Both the position numbers and the translations under genes were made by a program. A stretch of DNA of 64,000 bases, taken from contig JAFWAA010000061.1 in the NCBI GenBank assembly GCA_017507905.1, forward strand, positions 404-64,403, read 5' to 3'. Numbering within the stretch: the stretch's first letter is position 1; each line of letters opens with the position of its first letter. The notes under the pieces are model-generated. The model had not been told where the DNA came from, made no database searches, and saw only the letters and a list, made by a program, of their open reading frames with translations. The stretch is from Clostridia bacterium (GTDB taxonomy: Bacteria > Bacillota > Clostridia > Oscillospirales > CAG-272). Below are positions 1-9,627 of the stretch, one piece after another.

Positions 1-1
1 C

Positions 2-205
2 ACCTATTTTGAGGAGGACAACCGCCCGCAGGTAAAGCTTGACCGCGACATCTACGGCGGTATGGGCGTGACGGTGGGACGTCTGCGCGAGGATACCCTC
101 TTTGACTACAAGTTCGTCGGTCTCTCGCACAACACCCTGCGCGGAGCCGCAGGCGGCGCCGTGCTGATCGCGGAGCTGCTCTACCGCGAGGGCTACTTTG
201 ACTGA
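2..205 (+). CDS. asd: aspartate-semialdehyde dehydrogenase, C-terminal fragment (5' end outside window)
   Basis: Open frame from the window edge to TGA at 203-205. It translates to ...GRLREDTLFDYKFVGLSHNTLRGAAGGAVLIAELLYREGYFD, the conserved Asd C-terminus (NTLRGAAGGA). Confidence 0.8.
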   Translation, partial: TYFEEDNRPQVKLDRDIYGGMGVTVGRLREDTLFDYKFVGLSHNTLRGAAGGAVLIAELLYREGYFD

Positions 206-255
206 AAAAGCCCCGAAAAAACGGCAAAAGCGTGCGAAAAGATGCGACTTTGGCA

Positions 256-284
256 TTGACAAATCCGCACGCGCGTGATAAAAT
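256..284 (+). promoter_or_regulatory. sigma-A type promoter of the marR-ABC operon
   Basis: TTGACA at 256-261, 17-bp spacer, TAAAAT at 279-284. Confidence 0.65.
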
Positions 285-320
285 AGTTGCAGGCGCAACC
301 GTTGCGCCTGCAACTATTTT
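280..320. promoter_or_regulatory. perfect inverted repeat, probable MarR operator
   Basis: aaaatagttgcaggcgcaac (280-299), c, gttgcgcctgcaactatttt (301-320). The 20-nt arms are exact reverse complements. The repeat overlaps the -10 element and the transcription start. Confidence 0.7.
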
Positions 321-338
321 TGTTTGGAGGAAGAAAGC

Positions 339-782
339 ATGCCTTCCATCATGCGAAACATGAATACGATCGGCCGCTGTCAAGGGCTTTACCGCAGTCA
401 CAAAATGCCCGAGAGCGATCTTTGCCCGATCCATCATCCCTTCGTCTTTGCCATCTGCAACAATCCCGGCATGAGCCAGGATTGGCTGGCCAAGCATCTG
501 TCGCTCAACAAAAGCACCGTTGCCCGCTCGCTCTGCCAGCTGGAAAGCACGGGCTACGCCGAGCGGCGTCTGCACCCCGAGGACAAGCGCGTCACGCTCG
601 TCTACCCCACCGAGAAGATGCTCGGCATTCTCCCCACCGTGCGGCAGGTCGCCCGCGAGTGGACCGAGGAGATCAGCCGCGTGATCACTCCGGAGGAGAT
701 GGAGCAGTTCTGCGCCACGCTCGAAAAGCTGGCCGAGGAGGCCAAGCGCATCACCAAGGGCTTTGAGGAGAAGAAAAGCTGA
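339..782 (+). CDS. MarR family transcriptional regulator
   Basis: ORF 324-782. ATG at 339 is preceded by GGAGG (326-330). A winged-helix segment (MSQDWLAKHLSLNKSTVARSLCQLESTGYAERRLHPEDKRV) is typical of MarR. The stop overlaps the next start (TGATG). Confidence 0.85.
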   Translation: MPSIMRNMNTIGRCQGLYRSHKMPESDLCPIHHPFVFAICNNPGMSQDWLAKHLSLNKSTVARSLCQLESTGYAERRLHPEDKRVTLVYPTEKMLGILPTVRQVAREWTEEISRVITPEEMEQFCATLEKLAEEAKRITKGFEEKKS

Positions 783-2506
783 TGAAAACGATCCTGACCT
801 ATATCAAGCCCTATCGCCTGCGCATGGTGCTCGGCTTTTGCATCAAGGTGCTGGCCACGCTCTCCGAGCTGGTGCTGCCCATCATTCTGTCGCATATCCT
901 CAAGGAGGTCGTGGTCACGCAGGACATCTATCAGATCCTCTTCTGGGGTGCCATGATGATCCTGTTCTCGGCGGCGGCCTGCGTGCTGAACATCATCGCC
1001 AACCGCATGGCAACGCTGGTCGCGCGGAACTTTTCGGAGCATATCCGTAAGGATCTGTTCTCGGCCACGCTCCATCTCTCGGCGGCACAGACCGACCGCT
1101 TTACCATTCCCTCTCTGGAATCGCGCATCACCACGGACACCTACAACGTCCACCACTTCGTGGCCATGATCCAGCGTCTCGGCGTGCGCGCGCCCATTCT
1201 TCTGGTGGGCGGCATCGCCATTACCCTCTTTATGGACGCTTACCTCTCTCTGGCCATGCTCGCCGTGCTTCCCTTCATCTTTGTCACCGTATTCTTCATC
1301 TCGCGCAAGGGCGTTCCGCTCTACGCCCGCGTGCAGAAGGCGGTGGACGGCATGATCCGCGTGGTGCGCGAGGACGTGATGGGCATTCGCGTGATCAAGG
1401 CGCTCTCCAAGGAGGAATACGAGCATAAGCGCTACGACGACGTGAACGCCGCCCTTGCCCACAACGAGCAAAAGGCAGGCGTGATCATGAGCGCGGTCAA
1501 CCCGATCATGACCCTTCTGATGAATGGCGGCATCATCGCCGTCATTTCGCTGAGCGCATCGCGTGTGGCCAATCACCAATCGGATCCCGAGACCGTGATC
1601 GCCTTTATGCAGTACTTCACCCAGATCTCCATGGCCATGATGACCCTCTCCAGAATGTTCGTCATGTATACCAAGAGCGCCGCATCGGCCAAGCGCATCG
1701 GCGAGGTGCTGGACTCTCCCACAGAGCTGCCCGTGCTTGCGGAGGCCGAGCATCCGCCCGTCAACACCGAGGCGCACGTCTGCTTTGACAGCGTCTCCTT
1801 CTCCTATCTTGGCAAGCTCAACGATCTGGAGGATATCTCCTTCTCCCTTCCCCACGGCGGAAGCCTTGGCATCATCGGCGCAACGGGAAGCGGAAAGACC
1901 ACCCTCATCAAGCTCCTGCTCCGCTTCTACGACGTGGGCAGCGGATGCGTGCGCATCTCGGGCAGAGACGTTCGCACCATTCCGAAGGAGGAGCTTTACG
2001 GCGACCTCGGCATCGCCATGCAGCACGATTTCCTCTACGCCGACACGGTGGAGGAGAATATCCGCTTTGGCCGCGACCTCTCGCACGAGCAGATCGTCCG
2101 TGCGGCCAGGATCGCGCAGGCCGACGACTTTATCTCCGCCTTCCCCGAGGGGTACGGGCATATGCTCTCGCAAAAGGGCACGAACGTCTCGGGCGGACAA
2201 AAGCAGCGCATTCTGATCGCCCGCGCTTTAGCGGCAGACCCCTCCATTCTGATCCTGGACGACAGCTCCTCGGCGCTCGACTATAAGACCGACGCCAATT
2301 TGCGTACCGCTCTGCAAAAGGAGATGGCCGATACCACCCTGATCACGGTGGCACAACGCGTCAGCTCGGTCAAGGGCTGTGACCTGATCCTTGTGCTGGA
2401 TGAGGGGCGCATCATCGGTATGGGCGACCACGAGCATCTGCTCGAGACCTGCACCGAATACCGCGAGATCAGCAATTCACAGATGGGAGGTGCTTTCGTT
2501 GAATAG
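782..2506 (+). CDS. ABC transporter ATP-binding/permease protein (exporter half-transporter)
   Basis: 574 aa. N-terminal six-TM domain, then Walker A GATGSGKTT, signature VSGGQKQR and Walker B ILILDDSSSALD. Confidence 0.9.
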   Translation: MKTILTYIKPYRLRMVLGFCIKVLATLSELVLPIILSHILKEVVVTQDIYQILFWGAMMILFSAAACVLNIIANRMATLVARNFSEHIRKDLFSATLHLSAAQTDRFTIPSLESRITTDTYNVHHFVAMIQRLGVRAPILLVGGIAITLFMDAYLSLAMLAVLPFIFVTVFFISRKGVPLYARVQKAVDGMIRVVREDVMGIRVIKALSKEEYEHKRYDDVNAALAHNEQKAGVIMSAVNPIMTLLMNGGIIAVISLSASRVANHQSDPETVIAFMQYFTQISMAMMTLSRMFVMYTKSAASAKRIGEVLDSPTELPVLAEAEHPPVNTEAHVCFDSVSFSYLGKLNDLEDISFSLPHGGSLGIIGATGSGKTTLIKLLLRFYDVGSGCVRISGRDVRTIPKEELYGDLGIAMQHDFLYADTVEENIRFGRDLSHEQIVRAARIAQADDFISAFPEGYGHMLSQKGTNVSGGQKQRILIARALAADPSILILDDSSSALDYKTDANLRTALQKEMADTTLITVAQRVSSVKGCDLILVLDEGRIIGMGDHEHLLETCTEYREISNSQMGGAFVE

Positions 2507-4343
2507 AGGAGGCTTTGGGGGCGGACCCCGTGCAAACAATCCGAACCGAAACGCTCCCGGACAAAAGCTGGACAAGCGCACCGCAAGAAGCGTTTTCCTG
2601 CGCCTTTCCGGATACGTGCTTCGCCAATGGCCGCTCTTCCTTCTGGCCGTTGCCTTTACGCTGACCTCCAATCAGCTCTCGCTGATGGGGCCCGAATTTT
2701 CGGGCAACGCGCTTGACGCCATCGCCGCCGAGGGAGGCGTGGATTTTCCCACGGTGTGGGAAAACGTGCGCTGGATGATCCTGTGCTACGTGGCGTCTGC
2801 CGTTCTTTCCTACGCGTTGGCCGTGATCATGATCCTTCTGACCCGACGGATCGTTTACGGCATGCGGCGTCAGCTCTTTGAAAAGCTGACTACCCTTCCC
2901 GTATCCTATTTTGATACGCACGCGGTGGGAGACATCATCAGCCGCATCTCCTACGACATCGACACGGTCAACAGCTCGCTCTCGCATGACCTCGTGCAGG
3001 TCATGAGCAGCGTTTACGCCGTGGTGGGCTCCTTCCTCTTTATGCTCCGCATCTCGCCCCCCATGATCCTGGTCTTTGCCGTGACCCTGCCGATCTCCAT
3101 CGTCTTTACGCGCTACCGCTCCAAGAAGGTGCGTCCCCTCTTTCACAAGCGCTCCCATAAGCTTGGTGAATTGAACGGCTACGCCGAGGAAATGCTCTCG
3201 GGCTGCCGCACCATTCAGGCCTACGGCAAGGAGGAGGTCATCTGCGGCCGCTTCAACGCACGCAATAAGGACGCGATGGACGCCTACTACAACGCCGAAT
3301 ACTACGGCGCAACGCTCGGCCCCTCCATTAACTTCATCAACAACCTTTCCATCTCGCTGATCATGATCTTCGGCGGAATCCTGTATATGTTCTCCCAGAG
3401 CGGTGCCGTGGCCGCGACCTCGATGTTTTTCATCACGCTGGGCGGCGTTTCCAAGTTCGTGCAGTATTCCCGCAAGTTCTCAGGCCCCATCAACGAGTTT
3501 GCCAACATCATGCACGAGTTTCAATCCGCCTTTTCGGCCGCCGAGCGCGTCTTCCGCATTCTCGACGAGGAGCCCGAGCTAAAGGACGCCCCCGATGCCA
3601 AAGCCCCCGAGAGCGTTCGCGGCGACGTGACCTTCACCGACGTGCATTTCGGCTATTCTCCCGAGAAGGAGATCCTGCACGGCGTTTCGGTAACGGCAGA
3701 CGCGGGCAAGACCGTGGCCGTGGTTGGACCGACGGGTGCGGGAAAGACCACCATCATCAATCTGCTCATGCGCTTTTACGATCCCAATTCGGGAAGCATT
3801 CGCATCGACGGACAGGAAATCCGCTCCCTGCCGCGCAGAGATCTGCGCGCGGCCTTTACCATGGTCCTGCAGGACACCTGGCTCTTCCACGGAACCATTC
3901 GCGAGAACATCGTCTACGGACGTGAGGACGCCACCGACGAGGAGATCCGCGCGGCGGCAAAGGCGGCAAAGATCGACTCCTACATCATGCATCTGCCCGA
4001 GGGCTACGATACCCTTCTGTCGGACGACGGCGTGAACATCTCCAAGGGACAGCGGCAGCTCATCACCATCGCGCGCGCCTTCCTCTCCAAGGCACCGATG
4101 CTGATCCTGGACGAGGCCACCTCAAACGTCGACTCGCGCACCGAGATCAAGATCCAGGAGGCCATGGCCGATCTGATGCGCGGACGCACCTGCTTTGTGA
4201 TCGCCCACCGTCTCTCCACCATTCAGAATGCTGACTGCATTCTGGTCCTGCAGGACGGCAGGATCACCGAGCAAGGAAACCACGAGCAATTGCTCAGCCT
4301 GGGCGGATTTTACAGCACGCTCTACCATTCGCAATTCCAATAA
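2499..4343 (+). CDS. ABC transporter ATP-binding/permease protein (second half of heterodimeric exporter)
   Basis: ORF 2391-4343. TTG at 2499 is preceded by GGGAGG and overlaps the upstream stop. Walker A GPTGAGKTT, signature ISKGQRQL, Walker B LILDEATSNVD. Confidence 0.88.
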   Translation: MNRGGFGGGPRANNPNRNAPGQKLDKRTARSVFLRLSGYVLRQWPLFLLAVAFTLTSNQLSLMGPEFSGNALDAIAAEGGVDFPTVWENVRWMILCYVASAVLSYALAVIMILLTRRIVYGMRRQLFEKLTTLPVSYFDTHAVGDIISRISYDIDTVNSSLSHDLVQVMSSVYAVVGSFLFMLRISPPMILVFAVTLPISIVFTRYRSKKVRPLFHKRSHKLGELNGYAEEMLSGCRTIQAYGKEEVICGRFNARNKDAMDAYYNAEYYGATLGPSINFINNLSISLIMIFGGILYMFSQSGAVAATSMFFITLGGVSKFVQYSRKFSGPINEFANIMHEFQSAFSAAERVFRILDEEPELKDAPDAKAPESVRGDVTFTDVHFGYSPEKEILHGVSVTADAGKTVAVVGPTGAGKTTIINLLMRFYDPNSGSIRIDGQEIRSLPRRDLRAAFTMVLQDTWLFHGTIRENIVYGREDATDEEIRAAAKAAKIDSYIMHLPEGYDTLLSDDGVNISKGQRQLITIARAFLSKAPMLILDEATSNVDSRTEIKIQEAMADLMRGRTCFVIAHRLSTIQNADCILVLQDGRITEQGNHEQLLSLGGFYSTLYHSQFQ

Positions 4344-4354
4344 GACAAAGCAAC

Positions 4355-4392
4355 GCTGCCCGAATGCAAACGCATTCGGGCAGCTCTTTTTT
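4355..4392 (+). terminator. rho-independent terminator after the ABC operon
   Basis: gctgcccgaatgc (4355-4367) pairs with gcattcgggcagc (4372-4384), followed by tctttttt. Confidence 0.8.
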
Positions 4393-4403
4393 CGATCGTT
4401 GAT

Positions 4404-6932
4404 TTATTTGGCGTCAAACCAGGTCCTGCCCACGTGAATGTCCACGTCAAGAGGCACGGCACAGGTCATAGCGCGCTCCATCTCCTCCTTGAGCAAGCGT
4501 CTTGCCTCCTCGGCGCAGGAGTGATGCGCCTCAAGGAGCAGCTCGTCATGCACCTGCAGGATCAGACGGGCGTCAAGCCCTCTTTCCAGAAGCGCCCGAT
4601 GCACGCGCACCATGGCGATCTTGATGACGTCGGCCGCCGTGCCCTGAATGGGGCTGTTCATGGCCACGCGCTCGCCGAACTTCTGCTGCATCTTGTTGCT
4701 TGCCGAAAGCTCGGGAATGTAGCGCCTTCGGCCGAGGACGGTGGTAACGTAGCCCTGCTCGTAGGCCTTTTCGATGACCTCCTTAAGGTAGGCGTCAATG
4801 CGCGGATACCCTGCAAGATAGCGGTTGATAAAGCCCTGCGCCTCGGCAACCGAAACGCCGATGTCGTCCGAAAGCGAGAAGGCGCCGATGCCGTACATGA
4901 TGCCAAAGTTGACCGCCTTTGCGCGCTTGCGCATCTCGGAGGTGACCTCCTCCTCGGGCACGCCGAATACGGTAGCCGCCGTGGAGGTATGCACGTCCAC
5001 GCCCTCGCGGAAGGCACGGATCATGTTCTCGTCTCCCGAAACGTGCGCCAGAAGGCGAAGCTCGATCTGGGAATAGTCGGCGTCGATGATGACGTAGTCC
5101 TCCTTCTCGGGCAGGAAGAAGCGGCGCAGCTCGCGTCCGAGCTCGGTGCGAATGGGAATGTTCTGCAGGTTGGGCTCGGTGGAGGAAAGACGCCCCGTGG
5201 CCGTTCCCGTCTGCTTGAAGGTGGTATGCACGCGTCCATGCTCATCTGCCACCTTGAGCAATCCGTCGGCGTAGGTGCTCTTGAGCTTGGTGAGCTGACG
5301 GTAATCCAGGATCTCCTGAATGATGGGGTGGTAGGGACGAAGCTTGTCCAGGATCTCGGCGTTGGTCGAATATCCCGTCTTGGTCTTCTTGGCGTGCGGA
5401 AGCTTGAGGGTGTCAAAAAGCACCTCGCCAAGCTGCTTTGGCGAATTGACGTTAAACTCCTTCCCTGCGTGGAAGAAGATCTGTGCCTCGAGCGCCTTGG
5501 CTACGTCGCCAAGCTGCTCCCCGTAGGCACGAATGCCCTCGCGGTCAATGTAAAAGCCAACCGTCTCCATATCCGCCAACACGCGCGAGAGGGGCATCTC
5601 CAGATCGAGAAGAAGGCTTTCCTGCTCGCTCTCGCAAAGCTTTGCGCGGATCTCGGGATACAGACGCAGGAAATAGGAAATGGGCGGACGGCTCTCGTCA
5701 AGGATCTCGCAAAGGTAGTCCGAGACCAGGCGGTCAAGCGAGTAGACGCCCGAGGAATTGACCAGATAGGCCGCCAGCATCAGATCGTACAGCGGAAGCG
5801 CACGCAGCCACGCCGCGTCGGTTGCGCGGTAAAGGCGCTTGGCGTCGTGGCAAACCACGCGAGAGATCGTTTGCAAGGCCTCGGCCAGCGCGCCGCTTAC
5901 CTCCTCGGTGGAGAAGATGCACTCGCCATCCGAGAGAAGGATCCCCGTATCGGAAAGCTCCAGCGCCAAAAGTTCGCGTCCGCGAATGCGCTCTGCCAGA
6001 GCGTCGGGCGAGAGCGAAAGGATCTCGCAGGGGGCTTCTGCGCAAGGGGAAAGTGGCTCGGGCTCGGCGTTTTGCAGATCAAAGCGCTTGAGGAAGGCAG
6101 AAAACTCCAGGCGGAGGAAGAGCCTTCTCGCCTCGGCGCGGTCCATGCCCTTGCTTTGCAGATCGGAAAGGGCAAGACCGATGGGCGCCTCACGGCAGAT
6201 GCGGGCAAGCGTTCGGGAAAGATACGCGCTCTCCCGTCCGCTCTCCAGCTTGGCGCGCAGAGAGGGGGTATGCTTTGCCGTGGGAAGGGTCTCGTAGATA
6301 CCGTCGAGGCTGCCGTACTCCGCGATCAGACGCAGGGCGGTCTTCTCCCCGATGCCGGGAACGCCGGGAATGTTATCCGAGCTATCCCCCATCAGCGCCT
6401 TGACGTCCACGAACTGCGAGGAGCGAACGCCGTATTTGGCAAAGAAGGCCTCCTCGGACATATCCAGCGTCTCCTGATTGGTGGCCAGAAGCACGTGCAC
6501 GTTCTCGCTGATCAGCTGCAGGGCGTCGCGGTCTCCCGTAAGGAGATAGGCCTCGCAATCCTCGCGCTCGCACATTCCGGCAAGCGTGCCGAGAAGATCG
6601 TCGGCCTCGTAGCCCTCAAGCTCCAGCACGTGATAGCCCAGCGCACGCAAAAGCTCCTTGGCCACGGGCATCTGCTGTGCCAGCTCCTCGGGCATGGGCT
6701 TTCTTCCTGCCTTGTAGGCGTCGTACATACGATGACGGAAGGTGGGGGCCTTGAGGTCAAAGGCCACGGCGCAATAGGCGGGAGAAAGTGCCTCGACCTG
6801 GCGCGTGATCATGGTGACCATGCCGTACAGGGCGTTGGTGGGAAAGCCGTCCTTGGTGGTCAAGGGACGGATCCCGTAAAAGGCGCGGTTCAAGATGCTG
6901 TTGCCGTCTACGGCCAGCAGTTTCTGTTTCAT
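4404..6932 (-). CDS. polA: DNA polymerase I
   Basis: 842 aa. N-terminal 5'-nuclease (MKQKLLAVDGNSILNRAFYG...) and C-terminal family-A polymerase motifs (DYSQIELRLLAH, RRRAKAVNFGIMYG, QVHDELLLE). Confidence 0.95.
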   Translation of the reverse strand: MKQKLLAVDGNSILNRAFYGIRPLTTKDGFPTNALYGMVTMITRQVEALSPAYCAVAFDLKAPTFRHRMYDAYKAGRKPMPEELAQQMPVAKELLRALGYHVLELEGYEADDLLGTLAGMCEREDCEAYLLTGDRDALQLISENVHVLLATNQETLDMSEEAFFAKYGVRSSQFVDVKALMGDSSDNIPGVPGIGEKTALRLIAEYGSLDGIYETLPTAKHTPSLRAKLESGRESAYLSRTLARICREAPIGLALSDLQSKGMDRAEARRLFLRLEFSAFLKRFDLQNAEPEPLSPCAEAPCEILSLSPDALAERIRGRELLALELSDTGILLSDGECIFSTEEVSGALAEALQTISRVVCHDAKRLYRATDAAWLRALPLYDLMLAAYLVNSSGVYSLDRLVSDYLCEILDESRPPISYFLRLYPEIRAKLCESEQESLLLDLEMPLSRVLADMETVGFYIDREGIRAYGEQLGDVAKALEAQIFFHAGKEFNVNSPKQLGEVLFDTLKLPHAKKTKTGYSTNAEILDKLRPYHPIIQEILDYRQLTKLKSTYADGLLKVADEHGRVHTTFKQTGTATGRLSSTEPNLQNIPIRTELGRELRRFFLPEKEDYVIIDADYSQIELRLLAHVSGDENMIRAFREGVDVHTSTAATVFGVPEEEVTSEMRKRAKAVNFGIMYGIGAFSLSDDIGVSVAEAQGFINRYLAGYPRIDAYLKEVIEKAYEQGYVTTVLGRRRYIPELSASNKMQQKFGERVAMNSPIQGTAADVIKIAMVRVHRALLERGLDARLILQVHDELLLEAHHSCAEEARRLLKEEMERAMTCAVPLDVDIHVGRTWFDAK

Positions 6933-6986
6933 GGCAAGCTGCCTACCTTTCCCGATGGATGCTCCATCCTGATTACTCTGTCTATT

Positions 6987-7015
6987 ATTGTATCATACCG
7001 CACACCAAAAGTCAA
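6987..7015 (-). promoter_or_regulatory. sigma-A type promoter of polA
   Basis: On the minus strand: TTGACT (7015-7010), 17-bp spacer, TACAAT (6992-6987). Confidence 0.5.
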
Positions 7016-7036
7016 CGAAAGGCGAAAAAGAAAGGC

Positions 7037-7078
7037 AAAAAAAGATGGACCGTCCCCTCTTGCGTGCGGACGGTCCAT
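7037..7078 (-). terminator. rho-independent terminator of the rubredoxin gene
   Basis: On the minus strand atggaccgtcc and ggacggtccat form an 11-bp stem (7045-7055 / 7068-7078), followed by a U-run (plus-strand A-run 7037-7043). Confidence 0.8.
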
Positions 7079-7121
7079 TCTATGTGTATTCCACGGCGGA
7101 AAGCCGCTTATCAAAGGGGGG

Positions 7122-7307
7122 TCAGATGACCTCCTCATCCTCCTCGCGCTCCTCCTCGACGAAATCGTCCTTGGTGGCACCGCAGAGGGGGCAGACCCAA
7201 TCGGCGGGAAGATCCTCAAAGTCGGTGTTTTCGGCGATTCCGTTATCGGGATCTCCCGTGCGAGGATCGTACTCGTAGCCGCAAAGCTCACAAACGTAGA
7301 CAACCAT
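7122..7307 (-). CDS. rubredoxin
   Basis: 61 aa, [15 protein letters not shown]...[14 protein letters not shown]. Two CxxCG knuckles, plus an acidic C-terminal tail. GGAGA RBS. Confidence 0.92.
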   Translation of the reverse strand: MVVYVCELCGYEYDPRTGDPDNGIAENTDFEDLPADWVCPLCGATKDDFVEEEREEDEEVI

Positions 7308-7508
7308 AATCGTGCGTCTCCTTTTTCAAAGTGTAATCGAAGCAGTATCATCATATACCATATTGCCTCTATTGTCAATACCCTTTTTCGGATTTTTCCA
7401 CTTTTTTTCCCTTCGCCGCAAAAAGAACGCACGCCAAACGATAATTTTACCGTTCCTCTCATAGAATAGAAAAGCGTCGATCCCGGGACGCGCGAAAGGA
7501 GAATGCAT

Positions 7509-9149
7509 ATGCAAAAGCAGGCAAAACGGCTATTCTGGAACGCGCTCCTTCTTGGCGCGGCCTCTCTCTTTATGCGCACGGTGGGCGTAAGCTTTCAGGT
7601 GCTTCTGGCCGGGCGCATAGGGGCGGAGGCCATGGGACTTTATTCCCTGATGGGAGGCGTGTACGGCTTTGCTCTGACGCTTGCCACCTCGGGGATCGGG
7701 CTCGGGGTGACGCGGCGCGTGACCGAAAACGTGGGAGAGGGACACCCCGAGCGCGTGCGCCCCACCCTTCGGCGCGCAACGCTCTACGCCTCAGGCTTCG
7801 GTCTGCTTGCCGCCCTTCTGCTCCTCGGTACGGCAAAGCCAATAGGGCTCCTCTGGCTCAAGGACGCGCGAACGGTGCGTCCCTTGCGTCTTTTTGCCCT
7901 TACCCTGCCCCTGATCGCCCTCTCCTCGGTATGGAGCGGCTACTTTACGGCGGTCCGCCGCCCCTACAAGAGCGCCGCCGCGCAGGTGAGCGAGCAGATC
8001 TGCAAGGTGGCGGCCACGCTGCTGCTCCTCTCCCTGCTCTCCCCCTCCGACGTGGAGAGCGCCTGCTGTCTCTTGGTTCTTGGCGGCACGGTTGCGGAGC
8101 TGCTCTCCTTCCTTTTGCAGCTGCTCCTCTACCTGCCCGACCGACGGCGGCATTTTGCCCGTGCAGAGACGGAAAGTGACGGACGTGAGGGCAGACGTCT
8201 GCTTGGCATTACCCTGCCCATCGCCTTTGCCGCCTACATCCGCTCCGCCCTTCTGACCCTGGAGCATATCCTCATTCCCGAGGGTCTACGCAACAGCGGA
8301 CACTCACACAAGGACGCGCTCACCGCCTACGGAAGCATTCAGAGCATGGCTCTGCCCGTGATCCTCTATCCCGCCGCGATCATCTCGGCCTTCTCCGGCC
8401 TTTTGATCCCCGAGATGGCCGAAAGCCGCGTCCGAGGCGGGGAGAAGCGCATCTCCTATATGATCGGCAGGGTCTGGTCGCTCTCCCTGCTCTTTTCCAT
8501 CGGGGTGGCAGGGGTGCTGCTCTCCTTCTCGGGCACGGTCGGCGAGGCACTTTATCCTGGCACGCAGACCGCACATTACCTGCGCATTCTCGCGCCCCTG
8601 ATCCCCATTATGTACGTAGACACCGCCACCGACGCCATTCTCAAGGGGCTTGGCGAGCAGGTCTACTGCATGAAGGTGAACATCGCCGACGCCCTGCTCT
8701 CCGTGATCCTGGTCACCCTGCTCATTCCGCGCCTCGGGATCCTCGGCTACGTGGTGACCATCTACGTCTCCGAGCTTCTCAACACCGTGCTCAGCGTGCA
8801 CCGCCTGCTCTGCATCCGCCCCTTGCAGGTAAGGCTTTTCAAGTGGGTCTACAAGCCCCTTCTCTCCATCGTCGGAGCAACCGCCATGGCAAGGCTGCTG
8901 CTCTCGCGGATCGGTCAGCTTCCGACAAGCCCCTTCGCCGCGATCAGCCTTTGCTCGGCTCTTACCCTGGTCCTCTATCTGCTGCTTCTCCTCTTGACGG
9001 GAGGACTGGAGCGCGAGGACGTGCGCTGGCTGACCTCTCTGTTCCGTCCGCGGACGGAGGCGCCCTCAGAGGAAAAGCCTTCTGAACTGTCTGCCCTCAA
9101 GCGCCGCCGCAAGCGTGGGCTGAAGGAGGGTGACGTCCGCCACGAGTGA
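7509..9149 (+). CDS. spoVB: stage V sporulation protein B / MurJ-type (MOP family) flippase
   Basis: ORF 7503-9149. The second ATG (7509) has better spacing from AGGAG. Polytopic membrane protein with a SpoVB-like N-terminus (...LAGRIGAEAMGLYSLMGGVYGFALTLATSGIGLGVTRRVTE). Confidence 0.8.
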   Translation: MQKQAKRLFWNALLLGAASLFMRTVGVSFQVLLAGRIGAEAMGLYSLMGGVYGFALTLATSGIGLGVTRRVTENVGEGHPERVRPTLRRATLYASGFGLLAALLLLGTAKPIGLLWLKDARTVRPLRLFALTLPLIALSSVWSGYFTAVRRPYKSAAAQVSEQICKVAATLLLLSLLSPSDVESACCLLVLGGTVAELLSFLLQLLLYLPDRRRHFARAETESDGREGRRLLGITLPIAFAAYIRSALLTLEHILIPEGLRNSGHSHKDALTAYGSIQSMALPVILYPAAIISAFSGLLIPEMAESRVRGGEKRISYMIGRVWSLSLLFSIGVAGVLLSFSGTVGEALYPGTQTAHYLRILAPLIPIMYVDTATDAILKGLGEQVYCMKVNIADALLSVILVTLLIPRLGILGYVVTIYVSELLNTVLSVHRLLCIRPLQVRLFKWVYKPLLSIVGATAMARLLLSRIGQLPTSPFAAISLCSALTLVLYLLLLLLTGGLEREDVRWLTSLFRPRTEAPSEEKPSELSALKRRRKRGLKEGDVRHE

Positions 9150-9626
9150 ATGCGGCTTCTTCTCGGGATCGTCCTGCAGCATGGGGACGAAATAAACGCA
9201 CTTGCGCGAGAGAAGCGTGGCGATGTTGCGCAGATTGGCCGAGAGGGCGTCGTTTGAGGCAAGCGAAATGATCAGGGGCGCGTCACGCCGCAGATGCGCC
9301 TTTGCCGCCATGCAGACCGCCGTGTCGGTAATGCCGTTGGCGATCTTAGCAAGCGTATTCCCCGTGCAGGGCGCAAGGATCAGCGCCTCGAGCCGAATGG
9401 CAGGACCGAGCGGCTCGGCATCCACCACCGTGTGAATGATCTCCCTTCGGCAAAGCGTCTCCACGGCTCGGCGAAGCTCCTCGGCGCGTCCAAAGCGCGT
9501 GTCGGTGCGCCAGACCGTTTCGCTGAAGATGGGCTGGATCTCATATCCGCTCTGCACCAGACGCTCAAGCTCGCGAAGGGAGCTTGCGTGCGTGCAGAAG
9601 GATCCGCAAAAGGCATAGCCAAGCAT
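9066..9626 (-). CDS. dpaB: dipicolinate synthase subunit B (flavoprotein)
   Basis: MLGYAFCGSFCTH...LILAPCTGNTLAKIANGITDT matches the SpoVFB/DpaB flavoprotein family. ATG at 9626 follows AAAGGGGGG and lies 1 nt after the dpaA stop. Confidence 0.88.
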   Translation of the reverse strand: MLGYAFCGSFCTHASSLRELERLVQSGYEIQPIFSETVWRTDTRFGRAEELRRAVETLCRREIIHTVVDAEPLGPAIRLEALILAPCTGNTLAKIANGITDTAVCMAAKAHLRRDAPLIISLASNDALSANLRNIATLLSRKCVYFVPMLQDDPEKKPHSLVADVTLLQPTLAAALEGRQFRRLFL

Positions 9627-9627
9627 T

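Noticed and set aside
2391-2498. Upstream extensions of several ORF-track entries: 2391 for the second ABC gene, 32095 for coaE, 33308 for the aminopeptidase, 50660 for the methyltransferase, 10674 for dpaA, 31089 for murB, 42654 for tatD and 20575 for feoA.
   Set aside because: The extensions overlap the preceding gene or an intergenic promoter and lack an RBS. Family-typical N-termini begin at internal starts that have SD sequences.
4434-7469. 1011-aa ORF on the plus strand. Similar very long ORFs occur at 602-2200(-), 13573-15627(-), 16220-18022(+), 17896-20226(+), 21975-23999(-), 25209-26642(+), 26676-28385(+), 42542-44683(+), 52595-55345(+) and 59706-62720(+).
   Set aside because: Each lies exactly antisense to a gene with unmistakable family motifs (polA, ABC transporter, nadE, cofE-like, feoB, Ca-ATPase, dnaE, metG, ACS fusions). 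Their translations are low-complexity and rich in Arg, Gly, Ala, Leu and His, with no recognisable motifs. They are stop-poor shadow frames of GC-rich coding sequence.
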